Positions 16,028 through 24,358 of a stretch of DNA of 64,000 bases are shown here, in pieces. Within the stretch, counting starts at the first letter, position 1; every line of letters starts with the position of its first letter. Source of the stretch: a virus; IMG/VR virus record IMGVR_UViG_3300028840_002190; one strand, given 5' to 3'. A program made the translations under genes and the position numbers. The notes beneath the pieces are model-generated. The model ran no database searches. It was not told where the DNA came from and worked only from the letters and a program-made list of their open reading frames with translations.

Positions 16028-17845
16028 TTAGGACTCCGTCGTCTCGGATACAATAGACATGTTAGCATCGAACTCCACTGAAGGAGCCGGAGAAATCTCT
16101 TCACAAAGATTGAGTTGAACCTCAGACTCCACCGGCGCAACACCAACGCTCATATCGTCATTAAAGTATTGGTTCTCCAGGTCCTCCACAGCGCTATCGA
16201 GACCCTCGAGAACAGGGGTAAGTCCGCTAGAGCTCCCTCCGAAGATCCAGCCGATGAGTCGCATGAAACTTTCGACTATCTGCTTACCGCTCTGAGCCCC
16301 CACGTCAGCTGCTGCGCTGGGGGACGGTCCCCCTGCCATCAAAATGACACCCGTAACGTACTCATCCCCCTTATGGAATGGAGGAGAAGACGCGTAGCTG
16401 GAACGAAGAGACAGCGCTAAATCCTGTATGAAGAACGTGTTGCCACCTTCCCCCTCAAAGGTACGGTAATAGACCCCCGCAGTCGGAAGTTGGAACTTGA
16501 AGGTGAGCTGCTCTAAGGCATCCAAGATCTTGTTGACGAGCTCTTCATATCGCTGGATCTCTGACTTCAAGAACTCGACGTACTCAGTGATGAAGTCCAG
16601 AGCCCCGACGAGCTTACCTGCCATCTTCTCGAGCTCCGCTACCAACAAGCGCAAGAGGTAGGCAAACTCCGGAAACAAGGAAGAGACAGAGGGAGTGCGT
16701 CTCCAGTCGGGAGGGGTACTCCCAGGAACAGTAGGGTAGGGGACAACACGAACAACATTAGAGGTGTACCAGTACTCGTAAGCGGTACCGTCGGACGTGG
16801 TGCGATCTTCGTCAGCACCGTACGCCCGGAGTTTCCACGCGATAGTGTAGTAGAACGAGTCGTCGGGTTCGGATTCGATGTTCTCATCGATGTAGGTAAC
16901 GTCTGTAGGGTCGTACGGGCCTTCAAAGACTACCTCACTGGGTCCAAAGGTAGAGCCATTAGACAACGTCCGAGTACCCATCAAGTCAACAACACTGTTA
17001 GCACTGAGTGCGTTGACATTGTTCTTGGAGCGAATGATAGCGTACCGCTCCGGGAAGAGGATGATTCCTCCGAGGTCAGTCAACTTGGTGATAGGAACTT
17101 CGACGGGGTCCCACTCAAGGAAGGTGCTGAACTTTCCTCCCGTGTCGTTTACTGCGGACTTTACGATGGGGGTCATGGCCCGACCCTGTAAGTTCTGAGG
17201 CCGGGGAGCTTTGGGGACACCGTCCAGATCAAAGTCGAAGAGTCCGAAGAGTTTCCAGATGTCATCCAAGAAACCTAAAGCATCGAATCCTCCGACGCCC
17301 ATGACCAAGACCACACCGCCAACGTAATCGTCCTCATCATAGAACTGCGGGCGGTTAGTATCGCCCTCGTCTCTAAGGGATTCGATGACAGTCTTGAAGA
17401 ACCCGTAGTTGCCTCCGTTGTAGCGGTTGGCTTCGACCAAGAAGTCGTTGAGGTTGTCGTCTTTCCAAGGAGGAAGGATCTGTCCGAGATTTCCAGGCTG
17501 GTCGGTATCCGCGACACCTTCTCCGAAGATGCCAAGGCTGCCTGCCCAATCTGGAGTGATGTCCCCCAAGTTCAAGAAGTTGGTAGCGAATCGTTTCCGG
17601 ATAGGGACTCCCAAGATGTAGACCCCAACATCTTCGAGGAACCCCTCCACGACTTCCTTGATCTTATCGATAATGGCTTTGATGGCTGCGGCTAAGGGGT
17701 CGGTGAACGCAGTAATGAAGTTGAGGATGCTCTCGAGAATCCCAACGATGATCTCTAAGAACTCACGAATCTTGTCGATGATCTCCGATAAGTCAGCTAC
17801 GGCCCCGAGATCCGGAAGATCGAGTTCCCATTTCTGCCAACCCAT
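16028..17845 (-). CDS. Large hypothetical protein, probably baseplate/tail associated
   Basis: 605 aa, coiled-coil ends and a beta-rich core; downstream of spike module. Confidence 0.65.
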   Translation of the reverse strand: MGWQKWELDLPDLGAVADLSEIIDKIREFLEIIVGILESILNFITAFTDPLAAAIKAIIDKIKEVVEGFLEDVGVYILGVPIRKRFATNFLNLGDITPDWAGSLGIFGEGVADTDQPGNLGQILPPWKDDNLNDFLVEANRYNGGNYGFFKTVIESLRDEGDTNRPQFYDEDDYVGGVVLVMGVGGFDALGFLDDIWKLFGLFDFDLDGVPKAPRPQNLQGRAMTPIVKSAVNDTGGKFSTFLEWDPVEVPITKLTDLGGIILFPERYAIIRSKNNVNALSANSVVDLMGTRTLSNGSTFGPSEVVFEGPYDPTDVTYIDENIESEPDDSFYYTIAWKLRAYGADEDRTTSDGTAYEYWYTSNVVRVVPYPTVPGSTPPDWRRTPSVSSLFPEFAYLLRLLVAELEKMAGKLVGALDFITEYVEFLKSEIQRYEELVNKILDALEQLTFKFQLPTAGVYYRTFEGEGGNTFFIQDLALSLRSSYASSPPFHKGDEYVTGVILMAGGPSPSAAADVGAQSGKQIVESFMRLIGWIFGGSSSGLTPVLEGLDSAVEDLENQYFNDDMSVGVAPVESEVQLNLCEEISPAPSVEFDANMSIVSETTES

Positions 17846-18601
17846 CTACTTCACCCGATTCATAATAGTGCGCATCTGGGAATTCTGGAGCACTGGAAGA
17901 GTCCCGAAACCCTCCAACCGGCTTGCTCCGTACCTACGCCAGAGCGCGTACACGTACTCACAGTCCAGGAGGACAAGCCGCTTGAACGGTTCGAGTCTCC
18001 AACCCGGAGGAGCAGACGTGAGGTTATTTACGACGTAAAGCAGGTCGTCATACGCCTTGTTCGTGGAGTCTGAGGACGTGGTGCTCTCAATCTCCCAGTT
18101 GAACCTGCCACGACCTGCAGGAACCTGAATCGGTTTAACCGTCGAGACTACCCCTGGAGACGCGGCGTTCCAGAGCTCTGTAAAGAGAGCCGAACCCAAG
18201 GTGGTGTAGAGGTACGCGCATTTCCAAAAGTTCTCGTCGGCTTCCGTAAACAGCGAGGTGTACGTGGTATAAACACTTAAAGCTGCCCGGTTGATTTCAC
18301 GACCATATACGAACGCACACGTCTCCATTTCCTGCAGCTGTTCAGTTCGGATGTTCACGGTGCGCGCCTCGTTTACTGAGGCTTTCATGAAACCCACACG
18401 CCGATCTTTTTGGACTGGAGGGGACAACGAGAGGGAAGGGTCCACACGTAAAACGTGCCCCAAAAGTAGACCAACTGGAGCATCCCCACGCATGGCACCG
18501 ACGGCACCTCCAAACTGCTGACGTGCTGTAGCGTAGAGACTAGCGTCCCGGACGGCTTTTTCGTCCGCTGCTCTCTGACCGCTCTGAAGATCCAGGCTCA
18601 T
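17846..18601 (-). CDS. Hypothetical protein
   Basis: 251 aa, GAGGGA RBS, coupled to 16028..17845. Confidence 0.7.
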   Translation of the reverse strand: MSLDLQSGQRAADEKAVRDASLYATARQQFGGAVGAMRGDAPVGLLLGHVLRVDPSLSLSPPVQKDRRVGFMKASVNEARTVNIRTEQLQEMETCAFVYGREINRAALSVYTTYTSLFTEADENFWKCAYLYTTLGSALFTELWNAASPGVVSTVKPIQVPAGRGRFNWEIESTTSSDSTNKAYDDLLYVVNNLTSAPPGWRLEPFKRLVLLDCEYVYALWRRYGASRLEGFGTLPVLQNSQMRTIMNRVK

Positions 18602-18829
18602 GTTCCCTCAGCATGTCCAAATCCGCGGCGGCGTGTTTTCGAAACTCGGAGAGGAAGTTCGTCTTCACTCCATGGGCACGAAATTGAGCCTGCGCCCGAG
18701 CTAGCTTCTCGTACGTCATCACGCGGATTAGACGCACAGTAAGCTTACCCAATTTTTCGAGTTCAGACGACTCCGGTCGCTGACGCCAAGTCATAGAGAA
18801 AACGATAACAGAGAAAGGAGCCTGCAACA

Positions 18830-19021
18830 ATGGGTAAACGAGGAGGCGGTACGTGGAAGCTCGTCTTAGTAGAGGTGGGGGTGGCACTCCTTGCGGTACT
18901 CGGTAAGGAGATCGCCAACCGAGCCTCCGAGTACATGGACGAGCGGGCCGAAAAGCGGAAAGAGAAGGCCAAGGAAGAAGATAAAGAGTCAAAAAGTGAG
19001 GGGGAAAACGGTACAAGTTAG
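18830..19021 (+). CDS. Small single-TM peptide with charged tail
   Basis: AAAGGAG RBS; WKLVLVEVGVALLAVLG then K/E-rich tail. Confidence 0.65.
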   Translation: MGKRGGGTWKLVLVEVGVALLAVLGKEIANRASEYMDERAEKRKEKAKEEDKESKSEGENGTS

Positions 19022-19071
19022 TGTACTCAGAACAGGCCGATAGACCGGTCGAACAACTAAGGAGGAGAGAG

Positions 19072-19209
19072 ATGAAGTCGTTCTTCAAGGCGATCCTGAT
19101 CCCGCTCGGAACCTACGCCGTCCTGCGCGGTGGCGAAGCCGTCGCCAGCGCCGTCGCCAAGCGCCACTCCCGCAAGAAGCGCGAGAGCGAGCAGAGCAGC
19201 GAGAACTAG
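19072..19209 (+). CDS. Small single-TM peptide with basic tail
   Basis: AAGGAGGAG RBS; MKSFFKAILIPLGTYAVL...KRHSRKKRE; followed by terminator. Confidence 0.7.
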   Translation: MKSFFKAILIPLGTYAVLRGGEAVASAVAKRHSRKKRESEQSSEN

Positions 19210-19245
19210 CGACACCTCCCCGGCGACGATCCCACCGGATACTAC

Positions 19246-19275
19246 AAGACACGGAATCCCCTCCGTGTCTTTTTT
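19246..19275 (+). terminator. Rho-independent terminator
   Basis: AAGACACGGA/TCCGTGTCTT plus T-run. Confidence 0.75.
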
Positions 19276-19290
19276 GGTAGGAGGTTCCGT

Positions 19291-19917
19291 ATGGGTAAGT
19301 ACTTAAGAGCGCGGCAATCTAATTACATTGGGTGTGCTGTTACGGGTTGTTCGAAAGACTGCTGTGTGGAGTTAGTGGCGATGCGAAAAGATGGGAGTAG
19401 GATCTACATTCCTGCCTGTCAGAAGCATATCTCCCAAGCTCACACAGCCAAGAGAGATCTAGAAAGTGGAAAAGAGCCACGAGAGGTTAGGGTCCAGGTC
19501 CAGGTGAAGGGCGAGAAGGTACTCAAACCGTTAAGCCTTTGCGAGCTGTTCTACCGGGCCCCTGGAGAGCAAATCAAACATCGGTCTGAAGAAGAGCAAG
19601 AGATACTAGACAAAGCCAGAGTCGTCAAAAAATGGAAATGGGTAGAAGATTTCGACATGTGGATGAACGCAGCCGGTAAGACCGTCCCTCTCAAGGACCT
19701 CGAGTATAAAGAGCTCGAAGATTCGGCGTTGCTTATTCGACGTGTCAATATACAGAGACGCACCAAGAAGATTCAATGGATAACCGAGCTGGAGAAGATC
19801 GCGCCACCCATTCAATACGCTTACCCCGAGGACGAGCTCGAAGTAGGTATGGAAATGGCGTACGCAAAACTCGACGAATTCTACGAGGAATACAGATCGA
19901 GAGGGGTCCTTCCATGA
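19291..19917 (+). CDS. Hypothetical protein with N-terminal Cys cluster
   Basis: 208 aa; AGGAGG RBS; CAVTGC...CQKH. Confidence 0.7.
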   Translation: MGKYLRARQSNYIGCAVTGCSKDCCVELVAMRKDGSRIYIPACQKHISQAHTAKRDLESGKEPREVRVQVQVKGEKVLKPLSLCELFYRAPGEQIKHRSEEEQEILDKARVVKKWKWVEDFDMWMNAAGKTVPLKDLEYKELEDSALLIRRVNIQRRTKKIQWITELEKIAPPIQYAYPEDELEVGMEMAYAKLDEFYEEYRSRGVLP

Positions 19918-19930
19918 AAGGGAGCGTTTC

Positions 19931-20281
19931 ATGGGAGATTGGTGGACAGACGTCACGCGTCTGTGGGCTCAGGTTAGAGGGCACTACGTCCTTACAGACC
20001 AAGACGTAGAGCTTTACTTCTACAAAGACCAGAGGGTCTGGGACAGCCGACATTCTGGTAAAGTAGCATTCGCTTTGGGGCCTGTGGCTATGTTCCGGTC
20101 AGAAGAAGATATGACCCCAGAGAACATCCGGCACGAGCTGAAGCACTGCGAGCAAATCCAGAAAGCAGGAGGGTTCCGAAAGTTCTTTTTGAAGTACCGT
20201 TACGGACAGCTCAAGGCGTTGATCCTCACGGGGGACATAGACATGAATCCCCTGGAACAAGAGGCACTGGCGGCTGAGTAA
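19931..20281 (+). CDS. HExxH metallopeptidase-like small protein (DUF4157-like)
   Basis: IRHELKHCEQ...NPLEQEA. Confidence 0.65.
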   Translation: MGDWWTDVTRLWAQVRGHYVLTDQDVELYFYKDQRVWDSRHSGKVAFALGPVAMFRSEEDMTPENIRHELKHCEQIQKAGGFRKFFLKYRYGQLKALILTGDIDMNPLEQEALAAE

Positions 20282-20286
20282 GGTAG

Positions 20287-20321
20287 AAGAGGCACAGGAG
20301 AAATCCCGTGCCTCTTTTTTT
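20287..20321. terminator. Terminator between convergent genes
   Basis: GAGGCAC-GG/CC-GTGCCTC stem followed by T-run. Confidence 0.7.
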
Positions 20322-20325
20322 GGTT

Positions 20326-21237
20326 CTAGGCAGCGAGGATGGCGCTGATCTGAGCCAGCTTGTTGTTGGTCCGCAGATCAATTTGCGCGAAATCACCAGC
20401 CGCGCCGACGATGGGGGCCGCGATGGAGTAGTCCACCGTGGTGTCGTCGATGAAGTTGATGGTCGCAGCAGCGCCGCCGACAGTCAGGCTGTGGCCCGCA
20501 CCGTTCAAGAGGCCCGAGGAACGCTCCGAGGCATGCGCAGCTACGATCTGATCACTACCGACATCCCACACAGCGCGGGCAACCGCTGCGAAACCCGCAT
20601 CGAGATTGGCGATAGCACCCAGCGTCGCCCAGGTATGCGCAGCGTTCGCGAAGTCGCTCACGAGAGCAACGTTAGCGGGAACGAAACCCGCCGCGTAAGG
20701 ATTGGCACCCGTGGCTGCCGTGAACGTGATCGCCTGAGGATTACCGACACCGGCGTCAGCCAGAGACACCGTCATGTAACCACCCGTATTAGCGTCACCA
20801 CTGAGAGTGGGGTCTGCGGTAAGTAGGTCAATGCGCAGGAAATTATTAGGATCTGCCGCGTCACCAAGAGTGACATGGTCCTTCACTTGGCCGCCCAGGA
20901 GGTTGACTCCCGTGATGATCCCGTTGGCGACACCACCACCGACAGACAACGGGCTCGTAGCGGTATCGATGAAGCTCAGCATCGGAACGCCTTCGTACCC
21001 GAATTCGTCGACACGCTCGTCTCCGTCAGAAGACTCCACGCTCCAGCGGAGGAGCCCCGAAGCTTCGAGACCCACCATCTGTTCACGGAGGCGCTCGAGC
21101 TGACCACGCGTGACATCCGTTTCGACATCGGTGGTCGGAGTCGTAGCGGGAAGAAGGATGACGAGCTTGTCATCCGTGGGGAACGGATCCTGAAGCGTCA
21201 CGTCATTGACCAGGGCCGTAGCGATTAGTTTGGGCAT
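20326..21237 (-). CDS. Virion structural protein (Ala/Gly/Thr-rich), stand-alone unit
   Basis: 303 aa, GGAGG RBS, own TATACTT promoter motif. Confidence 0.7.
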   Translation of the reverse strand: MPKLIATALVNDVTLQDPFPTDDKLVILLPATTPTTDVETDVTRGQLERLREQMVGLEASGLLRWSVESSDGDERVDEFGYEGVPMLSFIDTATSPLSVGGGVANGIITGVNLLGGQVKDHVTLGDAADPNNFLRIDLLTADPTLSGDANTGGYMTVSLADAGVGNPQAITFTAATGANPYAAGFVPANVALVSDFANAAHTWATLGAIANLDAGFAAVARAVWDVGSDQIVAAHASERSSGLLNGAGHSLTVGGAAATINFIDDTTVDYSIAAPIVGAAGDFAQIDLRTNNKLAQISAILAA

Positions 21238-21332
21238 CTTTCAAACCCTCCGTTGTAGGGAGTAGAAACTCTCCTTCAATTTCGTTGAACCAAGTATAGG
21301 GCGTCTGTTGGTCTTATACAAGACGAAGATTC

Positions 21333-22889
21333 CTACGCTCCAATGAGAACTCGGATACTCGAAATGTTAGGCACCATGGACGAGATGGCGCTCGCGAATC
21401 CTCCAGGTTGGGGAGCCATGGCGGGGCTGGAGGGGCCCCAGGCGGTGGAATGAGTGTGCGTGTCCAGGAGACCAATAAGTGTAGACATCATGGACGAGAA
21501 CGGCTCAAAGAGCATGGCGTGCATAGTGGCGATAGAGGGGCCAGGGCCTACGGTTCCTCCAAGAGCCACAGAACTGGGCTGTGTCGTATTGAGATTAACG
21601 TGAGCTTTCGTGGCGGGGATTCCGAGAGGATTCTCTCCGAATGTGATTGTCCCGTTGTTCACGAAAACGTTATATCCTGCCATCGCCGCAGGGCTAGCAC
21701 CTGCTGTGGGATTGCCCAGCTCCAGGTAGTAACTTCCGTTCAGGATTTGACGATCCACAGCGACATTCGTGGGGGCTGCCGTGAGAGGGTCACCCCCGGT
21801 GATAGTCTCCTGGAAGTTTCCTCCAACTTGTGTGACCTTGTTGCGGTTTATGGTCCGGACTTGATCGTTTCCGATAACCTTCTTGTCACTCTCAGAGGTG
21901 TTGGTAACTTTCTCACCTTGGATAGTAGTATTCGAAGACCCGGAGACCTTATCTACGGTGTTTCCAAGAACCCTACGGTAATGGTTTCCGCCGATCTCTT
22001 CGCTTCGAGGAGCGCCGTCAGCATTGACGAGCTCGATGCCTTTGACTGCCATGATTTTTATTTGGCCGTCAGGAGTCATTTTGAGCTGCGAAAGAGTCTT
22101 TCCGGTTAGCGTCGTGATCCGCATATCGAAGAACTCACCGGAGTCTCCGATGTCTAAGCGGAAGGTCCACTGCTCTTCGTCTCCCCCCGTCTCGTTCAGT
22201 TGGTCGGCGCCTCCACGAATCTCGATGTTCCCGCGACCTTCCGCGTTACTGATTCTGAATGTTCCAAAACCGTTGTAATGCTCAAGGTCCTCGCAGATGG
22301 TCCGGATGAGATCGTTGTACCCGATGACTTGTATCTGGGCTTTTTCACTGCCGAAGACTCGAGTCTCTTTACCCCGTAAAACAGCAACGTAGTTACCGTC
22401 GGGAGACATACGCACAAAGTCCCCCGGAACTACGTCATCAGGAGTTTGGATGTTTTTGTAGTAACCGGGGAGGCCCTGTCCTGTCATGGCCTCGGTGACT
22501 AGTTCGCCTTCGGACCCTGCCAGGGAAGGAGGCTTAGGAGCACGCTCTCGTTTCTCACTGGACGCATTGATGTTCAAGACGCCATCGATGTAGGGGAATC
22601 CGAGAGAGGTGTCCACTACCACTACGGTTCCAGTCTCTAGAGGCGCGATAGTTCCGGGGTCCTCTACGCGCCGAGGGACTCCTGGAAGACTGCGTCCTCC
22701 TGCTTGCCCCGCTACGCCTCCCAGTCCCCGAGTTACCAAGAGGTAGGTGTCGGATTTGGCGTCGTAGTTCTGAACTTCTGCAAGGACTTTCGAACCTGGA
22801 CCGAAGAGGTTATTTCGCATGGGCTGCTCGCCCAGCGCAGTACGCCTGGTCTCTTCAGAGGAGTCTAGATGGGGGGGTCTCCGTGGCAT
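21333..22889 (-). CDS. Baseplate central spike (gp5/gpV/VgrG-like)
   Basis: N-terminal OB-like region, beta-helix repeats (IGGN..V.GN..V.G), C-terminal HTH metal motif LDTHTHS; start uncertain (22889 or 22820). Confidence 0.75.
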   Translation of the reverse strand: MPRRPPHLDSSEETRRTALGEQPMRNNLFGPGSKVLAEVQNYDAKSDTYLLVTRGLGGVAGQAGGRSLPGVPRRVEDPGTIAPLETGTVVVVDTSLGFPYIDGVLNINASSEKRERAPKPPSLAGSEGELVTEAMTGQGLPGYYKNIQTPDDVVPGDFVRMSPDGNYVAVLRGKETRVFGSEKAQIQVIGYNDLIRTICEDLEHYNGFGTFRISNAEGRGNIEIRGGADQLNETGGDEEQWTFRLDIGDSGEFFDMRITTLTGKTLSQLKMTPDGQIKIMAVKGIELVNADGAPRSEEIGGNHYRRVLGNTVDKVSGSSNTTIQGEKVTNTSESDKKVIGNDQVRTINRNKVTQVGGNFQETITGGDPLTAAPTNVAVDRQILNGSYYLELGNPTAGASPAAMAGYNVFVNNGTITFGENPLGIPATKAHVNLNTTQPSSVALGGTVGPGPSIATMHAMLFEPFSSMMSTLIGLLDTHTHSTAWGPSSPAMAPQPGGFASAISSMVPNISSIRVLIGA

Positions 22890-22910
22890 CGTACGGAGAC
22901 TATATCAGGA

Positions 22911-23684
22911 TCACGGATATTCGTCACTAGCGTCCAGCTGGTCGTCATTCAGTCCGGTGTTCTTGACGAGTGTGTCTGGATCGCTGTGGACGAAGCCGAT
23001 GACTTGATCGATAGTAGACCGCGGCACGTTTTGCATCTGCGCCACCGAGGTCGGACGGAATGGCAGGAGCCTGTCGCACATGCCACCCACATCTTCCATG
23101 ACCATGTTCTGACCCGCAGTGAACCCGACCGTGTAGCTGTTGATCATGGCCAGCTCGGCGTAGAAACCGCCGATGAGGTCGTGCACCTTGTCCTTGAAGA
23201 TCGCGCCGAGGCCGAATGGAACGTAGTAGAGTTCGGAGTCCAGGTTCGTGAACATGTTATCAAACTGGTTCTCGGCTGCAGGGTCATCCAGTTTCTGGAC
23301 TTCCACTCCCCCAGCGACGGCGTTGTGGTAGAGCGCCCGCAGGAGATTACGGCCATTGGCGAAAAGGCGGCCAATGCGCCACGTGGTCTGGCTCTTACCG
23401 CTGACGTAGAACGTGCGGCCAGAACCAATAGCCATCAGCGGCTGGGTCGGCTTCTGAGACGTAATCTGGAACGTCTGCATCATCCCGATAGCCAGCAGGC
23501 TCTGCCACCCGGAGGTGGACTGTTCCTGCACACTCAGCTTCCGTGGAGGACCCGCCAGTACCAGCGTATCATCGGGGTGAGCCGACGTGTACGCTGCGTT
23601 ATCGGTGACGCGCTCAACAGAGTGCTGTTGGGAAAACCAGTTCCCAATACCCTTCGTGATTCCCAGTGGTACGTTACCTGGCAT
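22911..23684 (-). CDS. Tail tube protein (putative)
   Basis: 257 aa downstream of sheath; beta-rich tube-like pattern; GGAGG RBS. Confidence 0.7.
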   Translation of the reverse strand: MPGNVPLGITKGIGNWFSQQHSVERVTDNAAYTSAHPDDTLVLAGPPRKLSVQEQSTSGWQSLLAIGMMQTFQITSQKPTQPLMAIGSGRTFYVSGKSQTTWRIGRLFANGRNLLRALYHNAVAGGVEVQKLDDPAAENQFDNMFTNLDSELYYVPFGLGAIFKDKVHDLIGGFYAELAMINSYTVGFTAGQNMVMEDVGGMCDRLLPFRPTSVAQMQNVPRSTIDQVIGFVHSDPDTLVKNTGLNDDQLDASDEYP

Positions 23685-23686
23685 GA

Positions 23687-24358
23687 TTATCCTCCGTACA
23701 TCCGCTGTTGCGGGTACATCTGCTGCATCTGTTGAGCTGGCTGTGCGCCTCCGCGCATCATTCCAAGAGCTCCGGCACCCATACCGGCGTAGCCAACCCC
23801 CCTACCTATGGCACCGCCTGTACCTTTTCCGCCGAAAAAGAGCGCACCTTTACCTGCGTTGTAAGCACCGGAACCGAGGAGCTTGGCTTTGCCACCGATC
23901 CCTTGAGCGCCTTCCCAAGAACGTCCTGCCTGTCGAAGACCGGCAGTGCCCTTGAGAGTAGCCTTGTGCATACCCTTCATGACCTTGCCCGCACCTTGAC
24001 CCGCAGCGCCCACAGCTCCTCCAGCCATCTGAGAGAAGTTGCCACCACGCATTAACTTGCCCTTGGTTTTACCGGCAAATCGCCCGATAGCCTTGGCTCC
24101 TCTAGCTAGCCATGGGGCGACTTTAGCCCCCACCGAAGCAATCCCTGCAATGATCGCGGGAGCGATGGCTTCCTTGGTGAGGTCAGTCTCTGAAGCAGCT
24201 TTTACAAAGACCCCGGCCACGTCTTCAGGAAAAAGATCGGCTTGGACAAATGCCAGCTTGACCCCTTCCTGAGAATACCCTCGGTCAAACATCGCCTGCG
24301 CTACACCCATCAGGTGTGCCGTTTTGACGATGATGTCTTCACTTACCTTCTCCATCAT
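23687..24358 (-). CDS. KxA-motif Gly-rich protein inserted between sheath and tube
   Basis: VKTA, VKAA, TKEA then Gly/Ala/Lys-rich amphipathic tail. Confidence 0.7.
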   Translation of the reverse strand: MMEKVSEDIIVKTAHLMGVAQAMFDRGYSQEGVKLAFVQADLFPEDVAGVFVKAASETDLTKEAIAPAIIAGIASVGAKVAPWLARGAKAIGRFAGKTKGKLMRGGNFSQMAGGAVGAAGQGAGKVMKGMHKATLKGTAGLRQAGRSWEGAQGIGGKAKLLGSGAYNAGKGALFFGGKGTGGAIGRGVGYAGMGAGALGMMRGGAQPAQQMQQMYPQQRMYGG

